DNA of 64,000 nt from Paramecium tetraurelia (taxonomy: Eukaryota): the NCBI GenBank assembly GCA_000165425.1, contig CT867999.1:1-64000 (forward strand), in the 5' to 3' direction. The notes below the pieces were generated by a model. It was given only the letters and a program-made list of their open reading frames with translations. It searched no databases and had not been told where the DNA came from. Numbering within the stretch: the first letter of the stretch is position 1; every line of letters starts with the position of its first letter. Below are positions 56,701-64,000 of this stretch, one piece after another. A program made the translations under genes and the position numbers.

Positions 56701-57418
56701 TTAGATATTTATATTTGAATAATATTCTAAATTATCATCTAAAAAAATACGCTTGCTTTATTCACTTATGTTCAAGTAATATCATATTACAAGGTCTAAA
56801 GAAGTTATTATATCAAAGGCATATAAATGTAATATGATTTAATTTATAAAATGCTTTTTTTTAAATACAATATTTTCTATTCTCTTTTAACAGTTTAAGT
56901 GCTGATTTCCTTATAACTCTACCAATCTTTTGTTACCTTGATGAGTTTTAATAAATCTATAGTATGAATTTCTAGATTATAAAGAATGTTGCCTATCATT
57001 TTTGTTTCATATCTAAAAGCTCATTCTTAGACAATTCATCTTTAGATTCAAATTGTTTAATCTAAAAAAGTATGCTGAATTAGCAAAAGATTTTCTCCCT
57101 AATAAAAACCTTTGAATTTAGATGATAAGTAGGTAATCCAATATGAAATATTGTTAAGGAGCTTTGAGAAATATTTCTACCTTTTGAAATGAATGTTTAT
57201 CATAAATTTGTCACATTTTTCTGGTTATTGAATTTATTTCGTTTTAGTAGGTCTTTGTTAAAGGATTTTCTGATTTTTGATTCTTCCCCCCGGAGAGGTA
57301 AAATGAAGTGGATTTGAAGTGCACATTTATTCTTGTAGATTAGATTGGAATTCAGTTTGAGAGTGATTGATGAGTGTATTAGATTTATATATATTAATAA
57401 ATGATAATAATTGATATA

Positions 57419-58361
57419 ATGAAGGAGAGGGTTTCAGACATTTAGAATATCTACAATAATAGTATGGCAATAAAACAAATTAGTAATCTTGATTATAATG
57501 TAGAGTATAGAGAGAAACTTCGGTAAATCTAAGAGGCTGACATCATGAGTTCGCTCTATTAATTTCGTAAATTGACACAATAGGATTTAGCTCAATTCCA
57601 AGAAGGAGCAAAACAAATATTTAAAATAATTGCGCCAGGATTTGATGTACACGATAACATTAGTTAAGACACGATTTAGTGAAATCACTCTCACTTCCAC
57701 CAGCAAAGTGTTCATAGAGTTGTACTAACATTTTGGTTTCGTGCAAAAAAGTGACGCATTGTACAATGAATTACTTCACAATTCCAAGTAGCAGATATTT
57801 CTGTGTCTCATTCAGCATTTGATAGATCTAACCAAAATTGCATTGAAGTGTGCTGTCAAACGTTTTTTGGACATGAAGCTCTTTTGTATAGGTAAAGAGA
57901 TTGAAAAGCCTCCCATTTTATTAAGCAAAAGAGTTGAAATGATTCAACTTGGAGCAGTTAAAAGGAATAAAATTAAAAGAGTTATGCGAAGTGAATCCAA
58001 TTCTTTACATTAATCTGATAAAAAGTAAGATCTTAGAATTATTATTGATAAAAAAGATCGACTTTCTTTTCACGATGTTATTTCTCATTATGATAAAAGT
58101 GAAATCATCAAGAAAAATATAAGAAATTATGACGAAATCAACGTCGATAACGTATCTACCACTTGCAATAGAAACATCTAAAGATATCAAAGTGTCTAGA
58201 AGAACACTGAACCCACTACATAACGATTACAATTCCCTAGCATCTATAAGAATTCCAATTCTGCTCTATACAAAGTTCTGAGATAGCGCAATCAATCCAT
58301 CAGTCTAACCATATCCAATTACATCAAAGAATTGCAAGACAAAGGAACTTATAAAGAATGA
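57419..58361 (+). CDS. Hypothetical protein
   Basis: The frame is restored by a 22-nt intron (gtacacgataacattagttaag) and is open to TGA 58361. Confidence 0.75.
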
Positions 58362-59149
58362 ATTAATAAAACTAAATTACTTTATTATTAATATTTCTGT
58401 CACTATCCCCACTCAATTAGGCTAAGTTCTTATTAAATTCTACAACAAAAAGTTAGAACCTTTCATTCCTTAAATATTTTGAATTTTAAACTATAGTAAG
58501 GAACCAACTTGAATCAAAACTTTAGGGATTTTAAAACATCCCTTTAAACTTTATATTAATATTAATCAGTTTTATGAATTCTAATTATCAAATGAAATAA
58601 GCTTAACTATTGAAATTTGAAAACTTAAGGATCTCCCATTTTATTCAATCAATATTTAATTACATATGAATTTTCGTGTAGTTTAATGCACTAATATTAA
58701 TAAAGAAAGAACAACTTAAATTAAAGATTTAATCTGACTTTTAACTGTAATAGATAAAGTTGAGAGCATGCCTTATTGAAGAGAGTATTACTATAGGATT
58801 AGATGGTATAAAATTGATACTTATGCTAATAGATAGGTTGAGATAAAATTATTTAGATTGTTGATAAAAGTAAAAAATTAATATCTTTTCATAATGAATG
58901 ATTAATATAGAGAATTATTAATAGATTAGAATATTCGAAATTAGGCCAATTTCTTTAGGTAATATATTCTAAAAAAGAGAGAAAGCATTAATTTATATTT
59001 ATTAATAAAAATGAAGATTTGATTTATTATTTAATTATATTTTTGCAATGAGTTTAATTATAACATTTATTCTGGAGATTTGACTGAGTACAATGGTATT
59101 AATTTTGATTTAATATCTCTCAAAATTGATCATAATATTAATATAAATA

Positions 59150-61615
59150 ATGGAATTTGCAATGAGCATTCAGTTAGTGACTAATGTACTAATAACCGGA
59201 CTGAGTGTGTACATCTGTTATATTTGTAATTTTGATTATAATGATAAAAGAGAATTAGAATTTGATGGCTGTGGGGGTGTTGTTGGGATTGTCAATATTG
59301 CTTGATTTATTGGGAAGTTCGAGATTGGAGAATAACAACCTTAAGGTAATTGCGATCTACATGAGTTTTTGTTGTAAATATTTGGGCATTTGGTTTTTGG
59401 GCTATTCAGGTGGAGTGAGTTTCTTGGTTTAGGGGATAATGTGTTAAGCCTTGAAATGCAAGAGTATTTTTGATCACATGTTTTTATATGAGTTGATTGG
59501 AATGTTCGGATTAATACTGAATATTTTCAACTAGGAGAGAATTGTCATGGAGAATAGAGCAATATTGGGGATAGAAGCAGGGATCGCCTTGTTATTTTTG
59601 ATCCAATTTTGTAAGATAATGACTAAGAAGTGTTCAGGTCATAGAAAACACAATTTAATCCAGAATCAAGTGATAATGGATATGATAGCCAATCACAAGT
59701 TGAAATAGGATTACGAGTCGACTCCTTGTCAGTCACCTCGATCAAACCTTCAGAAATTATTCTAATATAATAATTTCATTATTTTTAAGGAGGATTTGGA
59801 GATTGTGGAAAGTAATTTCGATCTTAAAATTCATTGGATAAACGAATCTTCTCCCAACAACAATATTTTAATAGAATAATTTCTGTACTTGTAGGTGATT
59901 TCTTCAAATTTTGGGGAGAGTGAACAGATATACAGCATCAAAGAATTCATTTTGAAATTCAAAGACAATTTAAAGACACAATTTGCATCATTCATAATTT
60001 CAAAGAGTCAAGTTTTTGATTTGGAGAATGTGACATTAAATTTGATGCCATTTCAACGGGATGAAGGTTATAACTTCATAGTTACATTTTCCTATTTAAG
60101 TCAATCGTTGATCAAGAGATTAAAAGATGACAGCAACAATCAAGTGTTGATGGACATCAGTCGATCTCTGTCTCATGAACTAGGCACCAATCTAAATAGT
60201 ATTATGGTATTCTCAAGTTTGGCTATGCATGATGATGAGGTTCCTGAATTGGTCAAGCAGAAGTACATTTAGTCACTAAAAATCAATAGTGAGCAACTCG
60301 GCTTAATTGTAAGTAATATACGAGATTACAATTTAATAAGTTTGTAATAATTCAATCTAAAACTAGAGGAATTCAACATCAATGATGAAGTCAAGTAAAT
60401 TGAGAATCTTTTGATTGATACCATTAAAAATAAACAGATCAATGTAGTACATGATTACTAATTGAGCAACTCTAATATTATCAATGATAGACAAAGATTT
60501 CGATAAGTGTATTTTCAATTTTTGCATAATGCTGTTAAATTCACAACCAGAAATGGTACTATACGTATTAAAATTGAAAGCAGCAGATCATAATGTTAAA
60601 TAGCCATATAAGATTCTGGACCTGGATTAGTATTTTAATGTTAATTATTCAATATAGTCTGAAGAGGAGATGGCCAGAATGTAGAATATTCTCATAGGCA
60701 AGAATCAATTCGTATAGATTTCACCTCATTCAGTTGGAAGTGGCTTGGGAATTGGCATTTCAAATAGTATAGTGAAGAGATTGAATGGTCAAAACATCCC
60801 AATACTTTGCGATCAGAAGGGAAAAGGAACCACTTTTACGTTTTTGATCAAGAACCATCTGCATGAGATGAGCAATTACGATAACAAGAAATCGATAGAA
60901 CTCAGATCAAGCAAATCCATCATTAGACTTATTTCTGGTAATTCATACATCGAGTCTCCATTCAGTAGTTCAGTTAAATTTATACTTCCATCCATTAGTA
61001 AAAGCAGCGATCAAATAAATTTCAAGAGTTCCATTGTGGAGGATGATAATGTTCTAAAACAACCCAAATTGTTGTTGGTCTAGGATCAAGGATCCATACC
61101 CATCAGTGAGGATGAATTCGTGATTGTACAAGAACCAAGAAATATGAATCCCAAATTCCAGTATGAAATTATCGAATGCTCCATTTAAAGTAATTGTTGT
61201 TCAAGAGTGTTGATTGTTGATGACGAGTACTTTAACATTTTGAGTCTATAGCTGTTGATGTAGAAGCATAGAGCGAAATGCGATTATGCGTACAATGGAA
61301 AAGAGGCACTCAATAAGATTCACCTACCAGAAATTGGCTCTAGCTTGTCACATCTGTTAGAACAAATATTACAGTCTCATCTTCATAGACATCAATATGC
61401 CCGTCTTGAATGGATACCAGACAGTCAAGGAAATCAAGAGTCTCATTTAGAACAAAACTATCAGGAGAGCGTGGTGTGTTGCCAATACTGGATTCACTGA
61501 TCTTGATACTAAGATATAGTCATTCAATTCTGGAATGGATTACTTTCTCACAAAACCATTGGATGCAAAGAACCTCCATGATTTAATTGTTTAAATGTTT
61601 CCACTACATAAATGA
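59150..61615 (+). CDS. Membrane hybrid histidine kinase (TM region + HisKA + HATPase + receiver), frameshifted inside the receiver
   Basis: H-box SRSLSHELGTNLNSI, N-box QFLHNAVKFT, G1 DSGPG, G2 GSGLGIGIS, receiver VLIVDDEYFN / IFIDINMPVLNG / GMDYFLTKP. Introns at about 59226 and 60630; frame change at about 61325. Confidence 0.92.
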
Positions 61616-61641
61616 ATTACTCTAAATTTATTATTTAATTA

Positions 61642-64000
61642 ATGTTTATAACAGAGTTAAGAGATGTATATCAATATATGCAATCTCAATATTTTGTACT
61701 CAACAAAGAAACCATTCTCAGCATTAGAACATTATAGGACAAATACTTTGATTAAGTATGTACAAAAATGATTTTAGAAATTACTTGAATTATTGTTACA
61801 AAGTGAGGACATCGTTCGCAAGGATGTATTGGAGTAGTTCTAAAGTACTCTACAACAATTGCAAGAATGCTAATTAGGGTAATTATTATTATGTATCACT
61901 TCTAAAGAGGTAACACATTCATAAGAAATGTTCGCACTATGGTCAAAGTTGTCACACATTCTATTGCTATGCAAATGTAATCCAATGTTGATAGTTATGG
62001 TTCGATCAATCAGATATTGAACATTTCTGAAATCAATGGGTAATAAATAGCATCTTAATCACTAATTGAATTATGTAACAAATACGTCGCCAAATTCATC
62101 CATCTAAGAGTCTAAGGTACCAATGAAAATATACAGAATAATAACAGCATCATCATTGAAAATGTGGCTAAATCAGTCCATTATAAATTATTGGATCCTG
62201 CAATATGTTAAACATTCATGGATAATATTGAGAATATCAAAGAGAAGGATGAAGAAACTTTTAATAATTCCTCAAATTTAGAATAAATTTACACCCAGAT
62301 TAAGTCTACTTATAGTTTGATAATGATCATCAATTCAATTACAATCAATAACTAAATCAAATTGGAATAACTACATTAGTATGCTTTTCTGTACTTCCAG
62401 AAATCATTGAAGTATTTCGAAGATTAGCACCTCTCCCATCTTTTTGCAATTCATCATTAAACTACTCAAACAACAAAGAGATGAATTTGGAGGATGGCAA
62501 TTGGATCTCATCCAAAAAAACAAGGTTCAATCTTTTATTAAGGAGATGTTTGAAGTGGTGGCCAACAATCTACATAAAGCCAGTATTCCCTAAATCTATG
62601 AATTCTGCTAAGGATTAAAATACTTTAAATACTTGGGCTTTGATGTCTTGTATTCAATTAATTTCTATTTTATAATGCATGAATTACATTACAACTTTGG
62701 TAGTTTCTTGTCTAAAGTACTCATTTAAAAACAGTAATTGTAATAGATAATTGATCATTAATTACTCTAAGAACTATTTCTAATTGAACAGAAACTGAAT
62801 TACATCTTAAAATCCATTCAACATGTATTTGTTTAATCTTTTTATCATGAAGAAAATCAAAATAAAGTGATGAATGAAAGAAAGATTCATTAAATTGTAT
62901 AGCTCTGGAATTCCTTTTTTGAAAATAGAACTGAATTTGTTCAATAGGATTATTTCAAATAAATGTCATAATTGATAAAGCTCAATTACAATAGCAACGC
63001 AAAAGAGGAACAATTGTTGAGGAGAATCTCATTCTTAAGATTGGCTAATACTTTCCTTTTAAGAGACAAGCAACAGGAAGTATCATTTAGTAGCAATGCC
63101 ATTATAGATTTGGTTCAGCCAAAATTGAATCTGTATTAAATTATACAATAAGTTCTATTGTAGTAGAATAAATAAGATAAACCAAACATAATGGTGATGT
63201 AATATATGATTAAGAGATTGTATCAATTCTACCTAAATTTGTTGGCCAATTTGAAGGATAAATAATTTAGAGAAAAGGCTCTAAAAGAACTATCAAAATC
63301 AATTCAATTATTTTTCGATGGAGATGATCTCTTCTCTCAGTCAAAAATTCAATAGAATGTTCTAGATTATATTGCTGATAAGATCTACACAAATTATTTC
63401 CTATGTGATACATAAGAACAGGTCTAATTTTTTATAGAAATAATGACTGTTGTGAACTAACAATTATTGAAAATTGAAGAAGAATTCTTGACTCAAGTAG
63501 AGTAATGTAAAGGTACATAGGAAGGGATGCGATCGTTGTCTCTATTCAGATAATTGGTTTAGAAAGCACAAGGTTAGAATTACCAAAATTTATCAATTGG
63601 ATCAATTCTTGAGAAGAAAGTGATAGATTATAAAAGGGTATTCCAAATAATACCTTTGTTATCTAAATGCAGTCAGATATTCAATGACTCATCGTAGGTT
63701 ATTGCTTAAAGATTAAAGGCTTAATAATTAATATCAGAATTTTGGATTTATATTACTTTGAATAACCCCTCTTTTTTCTTATCAAAGAAGGACGGGTAGA
63801 AAGAATAACTCACAAATGAGGAGGGTAAGCTCTTGAATGAATAAATCTAACCACTTAGGGAATTGTATAAAACAATGTGGTTGCCCTTAAATTTGATTGC
63901 ATTCCAAACTCCAAATCTATTAGCAGGTTCAAAAACGTCTTTGCTTGATTTAAAGATTATTATGAAATTAGTTGAAAACAAAGACACTTTCACATACAAT
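61642..64000 (+). CDS. Large hypothetical helical protein (runs off window end)
   Basis: ATG 61642. Introns at about 61756, 61879 and 62391 give a long continuous L/Q/K-rich frame; no stop seen before the window end. Confidence 0.8.

Overview
AT-rich eukaryotic DNA, almost certainly a Paramecium macronuclear scaffold. Conserved domains read through TAA/TAG (ciliate code 6, TAA/TAG=Gln, TGA the only stop), introns are 20-32-nt GT-AG and intergenic spacers are tiny. The supplied ORF track uses the wrong code and shows only fragments or antisense noise. The window has two regimes. (1) About 1-27 kb is gene-poor and holds three N-gaps. It carries an ABCC transporter with homopolymer frameshifts, a WD40 pseudogene, a UBR-box/RING N-recognin, a TPR gene built from sixteen exact 102-nt exons, a decayed IS630/Tc1/mariner transposase and an intact zinc-finger/septin-like pseudo-GTPase next to a decayed paralog. 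(2) About 27-64 kb is typical compact gene-dense sequence: two kinases, a 9.6-kb Cys-rich/REJ membrane protein gene, TTLL, MORN, ankyrin, methyltransferase, a hybrid histidine kinase and several hypotheticals. All gene models were translated and spliced by hand; no database searches were run.
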